This document shows, in pieces, positions 54,674 through 64,000 of a stretch of DNA of 64,000 bases (position 1 is the first letter of the stretch; every line of letters begins with the position of its first letter). This DNA is from Naegleria gruberi (Eukaryota): assembly GCA_000004985.1 (NCBI GenBank), contig GG738879.1; one strand, given 5' to 3'. A model generated the notes under the pieces. The model was not told the origin of the DNA. It ran no database searches and worked only from the letters and a program-made list of their open reading frames with translations. The position numbers and the translations under genes are program-made.

Positions 54674-55021
54674 ATGAATAGAAACGACAAATTAATACCT
54701 GGTTACCCAGTAAAATCGGCAACAATCACTATTGATAATAAGAATGTTTTAATCAGTGATCTCTCCGAAACTCCTGGAGGTACAATTTATGGCACAACTC
54801 CTGGTGGTACAAGACGTATTTACACTAGAAACGCTTTGTTGTTATATCGTAATTCACCAATGGCTAAAAGTCCACCGATTAATTTACCAACCATTCCAGG
54901 TATTACCACTGATGAGGATCAATCTTCTTTGTACACCAAGAAGAAGAAGGAAGTTGAACAAAAAGAAGAAAGTGATGAAGAAATTTTGAGTGATGATGAA
55001 GATCAATTCCAAATGGATTAA
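54674..55021 (+). CDS. eIF4E-binding protein (4E-BP) homolog, 115 aa.
   Basis: Paired TTPGGT motifs (TIYGTTPGGTRRIY). The eIF4E-binding YxxxxLL core is in RIYTRNALLLYRNSP. There is a PTIPG motif and a C-terminal TOS-like FQMD. Confidence 0.75.
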   Translation: MNRNDKLIPGYPVKSATITIDNKNVLISDLSETPGGTIYGTTPGGTRRIYTRNALLLYRNSPMAKSPPINLPTIPGITTDEDQSSLYTKKKKEVEQKEESDEEILSDDEDQFQMD

Positions 55022-55524
55022 TTTAATTGAATCTTATTCTAACACCTAACACATACATATTTACTTTTTGAATTGGTTTTCATCATCTTCCGTAATATAT
55101 TAGGAGTTTTTCAACAGGCCTACAATTCCATTTCCCAACCCTAAACTTTTAGTCAGACTTTTTTGATAGTACTAAAATACTATTCAAATGATTTTACTCT
55201 CTACCCAATAGTTAACTCCCTGACTACGAAATTGTAAATAAAGAACCCTTTTTGATGATGAAAATTATTAAATGTTAACTATTCTTCTAGAGTTTGATAA
55301 AATCAAAAGTATCTTTCTCATCAAAATCTAAAGATATTATCCAAATAATGAATATATTTTGAAGAGACACAATGAACAGTTATCATCATCCAACACAAAA
55401 ATTCTGCACATGGTGATGATGGCCCAGAAGATATTGTACGTTCAATAATAGAGGTTGCAAGTAGTGTTGGGAACAAGCAGATAATTGCAACAACGGAGTG
55501 GATGTGAAGTTGAAATAACAAAAA

Positions 55525-58155
55525 ATGAGTGAAAAAGCTAGGTTGAGAACGGATGCTGTGAATAACAGCTATTCCAACTCTGCTGATGATCAACCAATTC
55601 AACAAGAATTATCACCTGAAGAGATTTCAAAGAAGCGTCAACAACTTTTTACTAAAATTCTCTATATAATTCTCGGACTTGCTATTGCTGCTATTTTATT
55701 GACTGTTGTTATTGTACTTGTTCTCACTTATGAGGAAAAACAAGTTAAAAGATCATTGGTTTTTAATGATATTTTCAATGGAACCTTTGCCACTCAAGGT
55801 TTATCTGCAACATGGTCAGCAAATCCATCAAAGGAAGGAATCTTTTATTATTGGAAGAATAGAAAGACACAAGCAAGAGAAAATGTTGTTAGAAATGTTT
55901 TTGAAAATATGATTAGTGTTACTTCATTGAAAGAACGTGCTGATCAATCAGGTTGTGATATCATCAAGTATGATACTGCCACAAATTCCGAAAAGGCATT
56001 TATTTCTTTTGAAACACTTTCCAAAGCAAACATTCCTTGTAATACTAACTTTTTAATTCAAGGTGAAGAACGTTTTGTTTCATTTGAATTGGATATTGAA
56101 CATGTTTGGCGTCATTCTAGTTTAAGTAGATTTGTTGTTTTGGATACTGTTACATCCACTATTACTGACCTTTCTCCAAATGCTCCAAAGCAATCTATTA
56201 TGAAATGGTGTTCTTCAAGTGGTAACTCTGCTGTTGGTTCTGATGCTGTTGCTGCTTTCATTCAAGATAACAATATTTATGTTAACATTTTTGATTCAAC
56301 AACTGGTAAATCAAAGTCTTTCAGACAAATTACTAGTGATGGATCATTTGAATTGATTTTTAATGGTATTGCTGATTGGGTTTATGAAGAAGAAGTTATT
56401 GCTGGTGTTGATACTTTTTTCTTCTCTCCAGATTGTTCCAAGATTTCCTATCTTAGATTGAATGATTCTCAAGTTCCGCTTATTCAACTTCCTCTCTATG
56501 ATATGACTCACTCAAATCCTGAATATCTCAAGATTAGAATTCCAACTCCAGGTGATCATAATCCTATTCCATCTATTCACGTTTATGATATTAATACTGA
56601 CAAGACTGTCAAGGTTGATATTGGACAAGATGAAAATCCAACCAAGATTGAAGATGAATATTATGTTTATGATTTATTGTGGGCTTCTAATTCTCAAGTT
56701 GCTGTTGTTCGTGTTAACAGATACCAAAATCAAAAGGATATTTTACTTGGTGATTTGAGTAAGGTTGTCGACGGTATTGTTCCATCATCTATCATTCATA
56801 CTGTTACAACTGACAGATGGATTCAATATGCTCAAGGATCATCATTCTTCATTTTGGATTCAACTATGTTTGTTGATATTATTCCATATCATGACCATTA
56901 TCATGTTGCTCTCTTCGATTACAGCAAGGGTACCAATAATACCTTTGTTAGATATTTGACAAGTGGTGATTTTGATGTTACTACAGTTTACAGAAAATTC
57001 TCTTCAAACATTAAGAAGATTTATTATCAAAGTACTGGTGATTCTAATGGTATTAACAGAAAGATTTATGCTGTTGATTTGGAAGCTACTCAAACTATTG
57101 AATTGACAAAGAATTCAACTGCTGAAAATGTTCACTTTGATGCCTCAATCAGTGCTGGTGGTAATTATGTTATCCTTACTTATAATGGTCCTGACTTCCC
57201 AACTAGTACTTTACATTCTGTTCAAGGATTGATTTCTGGAGGTGATAGTGGTGTAACTTTGAGTGAAAATAGTCAACTTCAAAAGAAGTTAGAAAATGAA
57301 GTTTTCATGCCAAAGTCTAAGGTTACTCAAGTTCAAAACGATAACGGTGACAAGTTGAATGTTCTCTTTGTTTATCCACCTCATTGGAATCCTCAAAATG
57401 AAGTCAAATACCCAGCTGTTATTTATTCATACAATGGTCCTGGTTCACAACTTGTTAACAATGATTGGCACTCAATGCACAATGGATTCTCCCTTTATTT
57501 GGCTTCTTTGGGATTCATTGTTGTTACTGTTGATGGTAGAGGTACTGGTTACAGAGGTGTTAACTTTATGACTCAAACCTATAAGAATTTGGGTTATTAT
57601 GAAGTTTTGGATCAAATTTCTGTTGCTAAATATTTGACTGGATTGTCCTATGTTGACTCATCAAAGATTGCTATTTGGGGTTGGTCTTATGGTGGTTATT
57701 TATCATCCAAGACTATTTCATTCTATGAAAATGCTACAAACTCTGAATCTTCCCCATTCAAACTTGCTCTCTCAGTTGCTCCAGTTACCGATTGGAAGTA
57801 TTATGATACTGCTTACACTGAAAGATATATGCTTTGGCCAGAAGTTAATCCAACTGGTTACAAGAGAAGCAGCGTTTTGAATCAAGTTAAGAATCCAAAA
57901 TGTCCAATCTTGCCAACTGCTCTCAGTAATGGAGATGTTCAACAATCATCCAAGAAGTTCGTTCTTGCCTTTGGTTCTAGAGACGATAACGTTCACCCAA
58001 TTAATAGTTTCAATTTAATGTCCATCTTGCAAGATAGTCTTGTACAATTTGATTTAATGGTTTATACCAATAAGGATCACTCAATTGACAATAGAAGACA
58101 TATCTACAAATTCCTTTCTCAACATTTAGTTGATATTTTGGACGTTAGTGCTTAA
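55525..58155 (+). CDS. Dipeptidyl-peptidase IV family (S9B) serine peptidase, type II membrane protein, 876 aa.
   Basis: N-terminal signal-anchor (ILYIILGLAIAAILLTVVIVLVL). A beta-propeller region. The catalytic GWSYGG nucleophile motif, then Asp and His in ...DDNVH....KDHSI. Confidence 0.75.
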   Translation: MSEKARLRTDAVNNSYSNSADDQPIQQELSPEEISKKRQQLFTKILYIILGLAIAAILLTVVIVLVLTYEEKQVKRSLVFNDIFNGTFATQGLSATWSANPSKEGIFYYWKNRKTQARENVVRNVFENMISVTSLKERADQSGCDIIKYDTATNSEKAFISFETLSKANIPCNTNFLIQGEERFVSFELDIEHVWRHSSLSRFVVLDTVTSTITDLSPNAPKQSIMKWCSSSGNSAVGSDAVAAFIQDNNIYVNIFDSTTGKSKSFRQITSDGSFELIFNGIADWVYEEEVIAGVDTFFFSPDCSKISYLRLNDSQVPLIQLPLYDMTHSNPEYLKIRIPTPGDHNPIPSIHVYDINTDKTVKVDIGQDENPTKIEDEYYVYDLLWASNSQVAVVRVNRYQNQKDILLGDLSKVVDGIVPSSIIHTVTTDRWIQYAQGSSFFILDSTMFVDIIPYHDHYHVALFDYSKGTNNTFVRYLTSGDFDVTTVYRKFSSNIKKIYYQSTGDSNGINRKIYAVDLEATQTIELTKNSTAENVHFDASISAGGNYVILTYNGPDFPTSTLHSVQGLISGGDSGVTLSENSQLQKKLENEVFMPKSKVTQVQNDNGDKLNVLFVYPPHWNPQNEVKYPAVIYSYNGPGSQLVNNDWHSMHNGFSLYLASLGFIVVTVDGRGTGYRGVNFMTQTYKNLGYYEVLDQISVAKYLTGLSYVDSSKIAIWGWSYGGYLSSKTISFYENATNSESSPFKLALSVAPVTDWKYYDTAYTERYMLWPEVNPTGYKRSSVLNQVKNPKCPILPTALSNGDVQQSSKKFVLAFGSRDDNVHPINSFNLMSILQDSLVQFDLMVYTNKDHSIDNRRHIYKFLSQHLVDILDVSA

Positions 58156-58170
58156 ATAAATAATAAAAGT

Positions 58171-58845
58171 TTATACAAATACATCTTTAACAGAATATTC
58201 ACCAGACATTGCTAGAGCCATCAATTCAAGTAGAGAATCAACACCACTGCTAGATTTTACTCTATTCGATCTTACACTTAATGTTACAAGTGAGGAATTA
58301 TTTTTTACAACATCCATTAGTGACCTAACTCCTTCTTCTCCAATTCGATTTCCAGTCAAATCTAAATGTTCCACACTTCTATTGACATTTGAACTACTGC
58401 TATCCTTATTATAAAATACTTTTATCAATTCATTTAATCCTTCTGCTCCCATATCATTCATTGATAAATTTAAATATTGTATTGTTGTATTTTGTGCTAG
58501 TATTTCTGCTAAAATATTGCAACTTGCAGCATTTCCTAATCTATTTCCTGTTAAATCCAAATACATTATTTGACACACATTGGCTGGATTAATATTTAAT
58601 TTAGGATTTAAAATAAAACTCTTCTCATATAAATAATGAATATCATCAAAATCAATTAATTGAAAATTTAATTTAATAAAAGTAGGATTTTTCTCCAATT
58701 CCGATTCAAATAATTTTAAAATTCCTTCCGATCGTTTTTGTTTTGATTTTTCATCAAGTGGTTGTTGTTTAGTATTACTTGGGCTTCTCTGCCGTCCATC
58801 TATGATAAGTCTTGTGGGTGTGCTTGATTCCTCCTGTACAGACAT
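58171..58845 (-). CDS. Leucine-rich-repeat (ribonuclease-inhibitor-like) protein, 224 aa.
   Basis: Repeated LDLTGNRLG...L...L......L..L.L..N.IG.EG blocks. Confidence 0.55.
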   Translation of the reverse strand: MSVQEESSTPTRLIIDGRQRSPSNTKQQPLDEKSKQKRSEGILKLFESELEKNPTFIKLNFQLIDFDDIHYLYEKSFILNPKLNINPANVCQIMYLDLTGNRLGNAASCNILAEILAQNTTIQYLNLSMNDMGAEGLNELIKVFYNKDSSSSNVNRSVEHLDLTGNRIGEEGVRSLMDVVKNNSSLVTLSVRSNRVKSSSGVDSLLELMALAMSGEYSVKDVFV

Positions 58846-58937
58846 TTTTTTTAATATTCTTTTAAATGTTTAATAATAGATTTAATGATGTAAGAACGAA
58901 CACACAACAATTAAGAAAATTAATAATTTACAAAAAA

Positions 58938-59633
58938 ATGTCTTCAAAAGAATTGAAAAAGTTATTGAAAGGTCTTCCGAAATTAAAAACACCATCCAAA
59001 AAATTACCCTTCGCATCATCAAGTAATAATAAATTTAATTTATCGGAATCTTCTAAAACAAAAGCTACTGTCGGTCATATCAGAGTTTCAGACAAATTAA
59101 AGGATTGTATCTTTGATTCAATCAAAATACGGAATTTAACAAGGGATATATTGAAATTTACACCACATAAAGATTATGGGGTGACAGTATTATTTTGTGG
59201 AAATAAGTATATTACATCTTTGAATGAAAAGGATAGAAAGAAGAAAGGCCCAACAGATATTCTCTCATATCCTGTTTATTCTCCAGATTTGGATCATAAT
59301 TTTGCATTGATGGAGAAGGATGCTGCTTTTAATGATGATTTGGCAAAATTACTAGCTGATGAACATAAAATCTTAATGGAAGAGGAAAAGTTTTTAGGAG
59401 ATATGGTCATTTCTCAACCTTACATTGTTGATTATTGTAAGGAAAATAATATTTCATTGGATCATCATATGGCTCTTTTATTGACTCATGGAATTTTACA
59501 CTTGATGGGCTATGATCATGAAACTGATTCAGATTATGCAATTATGAAAGAAAAGGAAGACGAAATATTGAGTGGTTTAGAAAAGAAGTATGGCAAAGAA
59601 GAATGGAGTAAACTTAAAGTAACAAAAAGCTAA
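58938..59633 (+). CDS. YBEY: YbeY-family metallo-endoribonuclease (rRNA maturation factor), probably targeted to an organelle.
   Basis: Zinc motif H..LH...GYDH (LLTHGILHLMGYDHETDSD). The N-terminal basic extension (MSSKELKKLLKGLPKLKTPSKK) is consistent with a presequence. Confidence 0.6.
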   Translation: MSSKELKKLLKGLPKLKTPSKKLPFASSSNNKFNLSESSKTKATVGHIRVSDKLKDCIFDSIKIRNLTRDILKFTPHKDYGVTVLFCGNKYITSLNEKDRKKKGPTDILSYPVYSPDLDHNFALMEKDAAFNDDLAKLLADEHKILMEEEKFLGDMVISQPYIVDYCKENNISLDHHMALLLTHGILHLMGYDHETDSDYAIMKEKEDEILSGLEKKYGKEEWSKLKVTKS

Positions 59634-60228
59634 TAAAGTGGAGAATATTTCTATACCCAATATCAAATAATTGGAATTGCAAATAATTGTCTACTTAGTA
59701 ATTCTTACACAAAAGAGAAGAATTTACCTGATAATCAGATTTTGTACACACCAGGAGTTGTTTATCGACATATTTACTTTCGGATCGCCTGTCGCTCATG
59801 AATTATCATCATTAACTGTACCAGATTTATTTCTATGCAGAAAATATTTTACTTGTGCTCAATATTTTTAATGTTATGGTTTTGATAAATATTCCTTCAA
59901 TTTGTTAATTAACAAATTAATTTCTTGCAAAAAGAAGAGTCAGACAAGACCGAAACTATACATTTGAAATGTTGTGAAATTTCATGGTAGGATCAAATAT
60001 TCATTACGTCATCATCCAGAGAATTTTCTTAATATTAAGAAAAATATCAATCTATCATTGGATTCATACCTTCATCGGAACCAAAGCTTGACAAAATCAT
60101 GAAGCAAGTTGGTTAAAAATTATTTGATGATTAAAATTTTGTCATCATAATTGTTGAATTTTAAAAAAATCAAACAAACGTTTGAAGAAATTGATACTAA
60201 CGAAACAATACCACTTCATCTCAATGAA

Positions 60229-61350
60229 ATGTATAATTTAGAGGAATCATCAATAAGTGCAATTTATTCATCGGATGAAGATGTGTTCGGAAGTGTGGAA
60301 AAATTAACAACATTATCAAGCAGTGTGAATAATAATCAAGTAACAACTGCCACTTCAACAACAACATCAGAGTTTAAACCAATTCTTTCCAATGAACTCT
60401 TTAGTGAAAATATGCAATCATCATCCAGTGGTCTGGGTAGAAGATTATCCAGAAATTCCTATGCATGTGTAATGTGTAATTGTACATTCCATAAGAAATC
60501 ACAATTGAGAGCACACGTTTTAGATGCCCATCGTGAAGCATCAGATGATTCTTCCTCTAATAACTCGGATGAAACTGATGAGGAACAAATAATTCCAAAA
60601 CCAAAGGATGTTGTTGTCACAGTTTATAAATGTCCTCATCAATCATGTGGAAAAGAATTTTATTCTGAAGGAAAATTGGATAAACATTTAAAAAAACATG
60701 AAGACAAACGACATTTATGTGGATTTCCTTCTTGTGGAAAACAATTTTCATTTAGACATGAACTGCTAGATCACATTAAGGATATGCATTCACCAAAACA
60801 GAGTGTTTGCACAATTTGTAATAAGGAATTTAAAGACCTACAATCATTACAAGTACATTTAAGAACGATACACAAGAATGAAAATAGAGTATTTAGATGT
60901 CATTATGATGGATGTAATAAGTTTTATACCAATAAGAGAAACTTGGATGATCACATCAAAACAACACATTTGAAAACTAAACAATTCAAATGTGATATTT
61001 GTCAGCGAATTCTCAAACACAAAGCAAGTTTAAGAAGACATTATAAGAATATTCACAATCAAGTTTATGTTGATCCAGTGTCGACACCAATACCTTCAGA
61101 TAATGAATTCAGTGAACTTTCACTCTTTACAGATGTAAGCAGTTCAAAGAATGAAGATGCCTTCTTTAATACAGAACCAGAATTCAAAAGTCCTGACAAT
61201 ATTGACTCTAAATCCACCTCCAAAAAACGATCCAAACCAAAGTCTTCAGACACTGCCAGCACTAGTAGTGAATCTTCTAAGAAAAAGATTAAAGTTGGCA
61301 ATGTCTTTCTTGATAGAATTTTGGGTGATGACATTAATAAACAACAATAA
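60229..61350 (+). CDS. C2H2 zinc-finger protein with six fingers, several with TFIIIA-like C-x4-C spacing.
   Basis: CVMC..H....H, CPHQSCGK..H...H, CGFPSCGK..H.....H, CTICNK..H....H, CHYDGCNK..H...H, CDICQR..H....H. First in-frame real ATG at 60229; the ORF-track start at 60151 is a TTG. Confidence 0.55.
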   Translation: MYNLEESSISAIYSSDEDVFGSVEKLTTLSSSVNNNQVTTATSTTTSEFKPILSNELFSENMQSSSSGLGRRLSRNSYACVMCNCTFHKKSQLRAHVLDAHREASDDSSSNNSDETDEEQIIPKPKDVVVTVYKCPHQSCGKEFYSEGKLDKHLKKHEDKRHLCGFPSCGKQFSFRHELLDHIKDMHSPKQSVCTICNKEFKDLQSLQVHLRTIHKNENRVFRCHYDGCNKFYTNKRNLDDHIKTTHLKTKQFKCDICQRILKHKASLRRHYKNIHNQVYVDPVSTPIPSDNEFSELSLFTDVSSSKNEDAFFNTEPEFKSPDNIDSKSTSKKRSKPKSSDTASTSSESSKKKIKVGNVFLDRILGDDINKQQ

Positions 61351-61623
61351 GGTTCCTTGTTAATTTGTTCAAATTATCTAACATTCTAACATTATGTTCC
61401 AAAGTTTGCTGGAGGAGTTAATTCTTCCCTTGTCGTATTAAATATTTTCAGGAATGTAATCTCTTGAAACATCCTCTACCTCCTATTTTTGATAAGTGAG
61501 GAAAGAAGGATGTTTTGAGCTGGTAACTGCGTGCGCATTTTCTAGTAAGTTGTTACGCCAACAAAATATTTTAAATAACAATAAGCTCTTCTAATCACTA
61601 ACAAAGAACAAATACAAAAAAAA

Positions 61624-62742
61624 ATGTCATCCACTACTACAACTACTATTGCTAAAAAACTCTTCACTCCATTGAAACTTGGAGGATCAAAAATTACTCT
61701 CTCTCATCGTGTTGCTATGGCTCCATTGACTCGTTCAAGAGCTTTTGCTGGTGATTGTGAAGTGCCAGAACTTGGCCAATTGTATTACAGTCAGAGATCA
61801 ACTGAAGGAGGTTTGATTGTTAGTGAAGCAACACAAATCAGTAGAGAAGGACAAGGTTATCCAACAACACCTGGAATTTACTCTGATGCTCAAGTTGAAT
61901 CATGGAAGAAGGTTTTGGAAAAAGTTCATCAAAAAGGAGGAGCTATGTTTTGTCAATTGTGGCACGTTGGTAGATTGCGTTGGGAAGGAGCTGTTTCTGC
62001 ATCTGAAACACCACTTCTTGAAACTAAAATGACTGATTTGGCCAATTTGCAATCTGGAATTAATAATGTTCTTCCAAAACCACCTCGTGCCTTAACTCTT
62101 GAAGAAATTAAAAGAGTTGTTGCTGATTTCGGTAAAGGAGCCAAGAATGCAAAGGCAGCCGGATTTGATGGTGTTGAACTTCATGGTGCTAATGGTTATT
62201 TGATTGACCAATTTTTAAGAGATGGTATTAATAAGAGAACTGATGGATATGGTGGTTCAATTAAAAACAGATTGAGATTCCTCCAAGAAGTTTTGGAAGA
62301 AACTGCTAAACACTTCGATTCAGGAAGAATTGGTGTGAGACTTTCACCTTATTCCACACTTTATGAAATGAGTGATTCCACTGGAAAGGAACTTTGGGAA
62401 GAAGCTGCCAAGCTTTTGAATTCATACGATTTGGCTTACTTGCACGTCATGGAACCAAAGGGTGCTGGTGAAGCATTCGTTGCAGCAGAATTGAGACCTC
62501 ACTTTAAGAATCCAATTATGGTTAATACTGGTTTTGATGCTGAAACTGGTGAAGCAATTGTTCAAAAAGGTCATGCTGATTTGGTTTCATTTGGAAGACC
62601 TTTCATTGCTAATCCTGATTTAGTTTATCGTATGAAAAATAATTTACCATTGAATCAAGTTGATTATCAAACCTTGTATTATTCCCCTAATGTTAGTGGA
62701 GGTTATACTGATTATCCAACTTATGAACAAACTCAAAAATAA
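61624..62742 (+). CDS. Old Yellow Enzyme family NAD(P)H:flavin oxidoreductase (OYE / 12-oxophytodienoate-reductase-like), 372 aa.
   Basis: MAPLTRSRA near the N-terminus. HGANGYLIDQFL active-site region. GFDAE...LVSFGRPFIANPDL C-terminus. Confidence 0.8.
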   Translation: MSSTTTTTIAKKLFTPLKLGGSKITLSHRVAMAPLTRSRAFAGDCEVPELGQLYYSQRSTEGGLIVSEATQISREGQGYPTTPGIYSDAQVESWKKVLEKVHQKGGAMFCQLWHVGRLRWEGAVSASETPLLETKMTDLANLQSGINNVLPKPPRALTLEEIKRVVADFGKGAKNAKAAGFDGVELHGANGYLIDQFLRDGINKRTDGYGGSIKNRLRFLQEVLEETAKHFDSGRIGVRLSPYSTLYEMSDSTGKELWEEAAKLLNSYDLAYLHVMEPKGAGEAFVAAELRPHFKNPIMVNTGFDAETGEAIVQKGHADLVSFGRPFIANPDLVYRMKNNLPLNQVDYQTLYYSPNVSGGYTDYPTYEQTQK

Positions 62743-62824
62743 ATTGAATAAAACAATCACTCAATTTTAGATATTTCCTTAATATTATTGAATGAAAACA
62801 AAAAAAGGAAAGATTAAAAAGGTG

Positions 62825-62896
62825 TAGGAAGACAGGGAATCGAACCCTGATCTTAGGAACCACAATCCCATGTTCTACCACTGAACTATCTCCCTT
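62825..62896 (-). tRNA. tRNA-His (anticodon GUG).
   Basis: Minus-strand cloverleaf: acceptor AGGGAGA/TCTTCCT (one G-U), D-arm GTTC-AGTGGTA-GAAC, anticodon stem TGGGA/TCCTA with loop TTGTGGT (GTG), T-arm CAGGG-TTCGATT-CCCTG. No encoded CCA. Confidence 0.8.
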
Positions 62897-63270
62897 CATG
62901 TCATACCTTAAAATATGTCAAATGGAAGTTATACTCAATTTGATTGTCAAGATTTAATTGGTTATTGAGTGCAAACTTACTGCACCTTCGATTCTTCCAT
63001 AAGCCAAAGTACAAATGGATTACAATTGGAACATATTTGCTTTCTAAATTTAAAAAATAAGTCAAAATGGCACTCACAGATGACGAGATTTCTTCGTTGG
63101 TTGCCTTTGTGATTTGTGCCGTTTTGTTGATGGCTTTTATTGTGTAGGTTTACATGTATCGGAACATGACATTAATCGTATCTAATTTAGAATTTATGTA
63201 TTGTTTTCGAGTAGAATATTTGCCTTCGTCATCAGCAAACTATTGTGGTATTGGAAATTGAAGGCTAACA

Positions 63271-64000
63271 ATGAATATTTATCAATTGGTATGTAATAGA
63301 AAATAATTATAATATTGAAAATATATAGGATCTCTTACGTTTGCACCACTTGGAGGAAAGGTTTGTTTTGTGGATTTGGATTTTTGTATTAATTCCGATG
63401 TGTAATAGATTTTATTTAGAGGAGTACAATATACTACCAAGAATGGATCTTTACAAATTATTGATGGATATATAGAAGTTTATTGGTGGTTTATAATTAA
63501 ATCGACTTGGCAAAAAACTAAAAAAGAATCAAGATTTAGATGTTATCTAAATGGTGTGGAATGGCTCATTTATAATAATGTGTCACGTTATGATCAAATT
63601 AATGCCAAAAAACTAAATTATAATTTAAGTGATAGTGAGGATGAGGATAATATGCAAAATGATGATAGAATTCATGATACCGAAGATGAAGGAAATAGAG
63701 ATATTATGGAGGAAGATAACATTCAAAGGTTTTTCAAATGGGCTAAGAATGTTGGTGTGGATGTTAGAAGAGGTTGTATAGCTATTGGAAATAGTGAATT
63801 GCCAATATCTTTGAGAATTGCTTTCAGAAGAGCATTGGCTACTGTTGGATTGGAAAAACCAAACTCTACATTGGACAAATACAAACTTAAAGCAGATATT
63901 AATTTTGAATATTTCAAAATTATGTTTATCGAGAATAATAACGTTCCACAGTACAATACTCCTCATTTCGAATTATCAAGAAAGAAAACTGAAGAAGAGT
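63271..64000 (+). CDS. Partial multi-exon gene running off the window end. Exon 1 is 63271..63288 (MNIYQL). A 40-nt intron (GTATGT...ATATATAG) follows. Exon 2 is 63329..about 63361, then a second intron of about 48 nt (GTTTGT...GTAATAG). Exon 3 runs from about 63410 to beyond 64000.
   Basis: Exon 3 is an open frame with no stop to the window edge (...ILFRGVQYTTKNGSLQIIDGYIEVYWWFIIKSTWQ...FFKWAKNVGVDVRRGCIAIGNSELPISLRIAFRRALATVGLEKPNS...). It has no in-frame ATG, and AT-rich GT..AG introns upstream restore an ATG. The ORF track does not list it because it lacks a stop. The minus-strand ORFs 63625..63966 are antisense artefacts. Function is unassigned. Confidence 0.4.

Noticed and set aside
63625-63966. 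Minus-strand ORFs 63625..63966 and 63723..63956
   Set aside because: Antisense to a better-supported plus-strand open frame with upstream introns and a real ATG.
363-64000. ORF-track start codons taken at face value
   Set aside because: Many listed ORFs begin at TTG/GTG/CTG (for example 3780, 8893, 21227, 29187, 29451, 44939, 48381, 52785, 60151). The caller uses a bacterial-style start table. Real starts are downstream ATGs after A-runs or upstream spliced exons.
1-64000. Prokaryotic interpretations (operons, defence islands, CRISPR, rRNA)
   Set aside because: The window has spliceosomal introns, a nuclear-type tRNA without encoded CCA and eukaryote-specific genes (4E-BP, HORMA, SKI2, F-box, BRCT). 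There are no CRISPR-like arrays, Shine-Dalgarno contexts or rRNA.

Overview
This window is an AT-rich eukaryotic nuclear region of about 64 kb with 36 protein-coding genes on both strands, one tRNA and one small transposon. It is not a prokaryotic locus. Introns are rare and short (40-95 nt, GTAAGT/GTATGT/GTTTGT to AG, strongly AT-rich, some with an ACTAAC-like branch point). ATG codons sit after A-runs, stops are mostly TAA, proteins are often N/Q/S-rich, and intergenic spacers are short. Gene content and sequence style together suggest a dictyostelid-like amoebozoan or a similarly AT-rich, intron-poor protist; this is inference. The supplied ORF track uses alternative start codons (TTG, GTG), so many listed ORF starts are not real ATGs, and it misses every spliced gene. 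I re-derived exon structures by hand, and my coordinates may be off by 1-2 nt.

Recognisable genes include a SKI2-type helicase, two MAPR/cytochrome b5-like paralogs, urate oxidase with a C-terminal SKL, a CWH43/PGAP2IP-like protein, a DPP4-family peptidase, an old yellow enzyme, YbeY and ATP23 (so the organism has mitochondria), a 4E-BP, a HORMA-domain (Hop1-like) meiotic protein and a three-RRM RNA-binding protein. There is also an N/Q-rich transcription factor with a WRKY-like zinc finger, a membrane protein with about nine PPC-like repeats, a 1229-aa NHL plus tenascin-EGF protein, and a CEMIP-like G8 protein. A tRNA-His(GUG) lies on the minus strand.

The most notable observations are:
- A single gene fusing a SerB-type phosphoserine phosphatase to phosphoserine aminotransferase within one exon, joining consecutive steps of phosphorylated-pathway serine biosynthesis.
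- An 831-bp non-autonomous hAT-like element with 8-bp target-site duplications.
- Tandem 4-TM cysteine-rich paralogs, one intronless and one with two introns.
- A long low-complexity gene split by a +1 frameshift in a T7/A7 homopolymer.
- A shared AAATTGGCGC (E2F-like) motif in two divergent promoters.
- A 2-kb ORF-free, relatively GC-rich block upstream of the transcription-factor gene.
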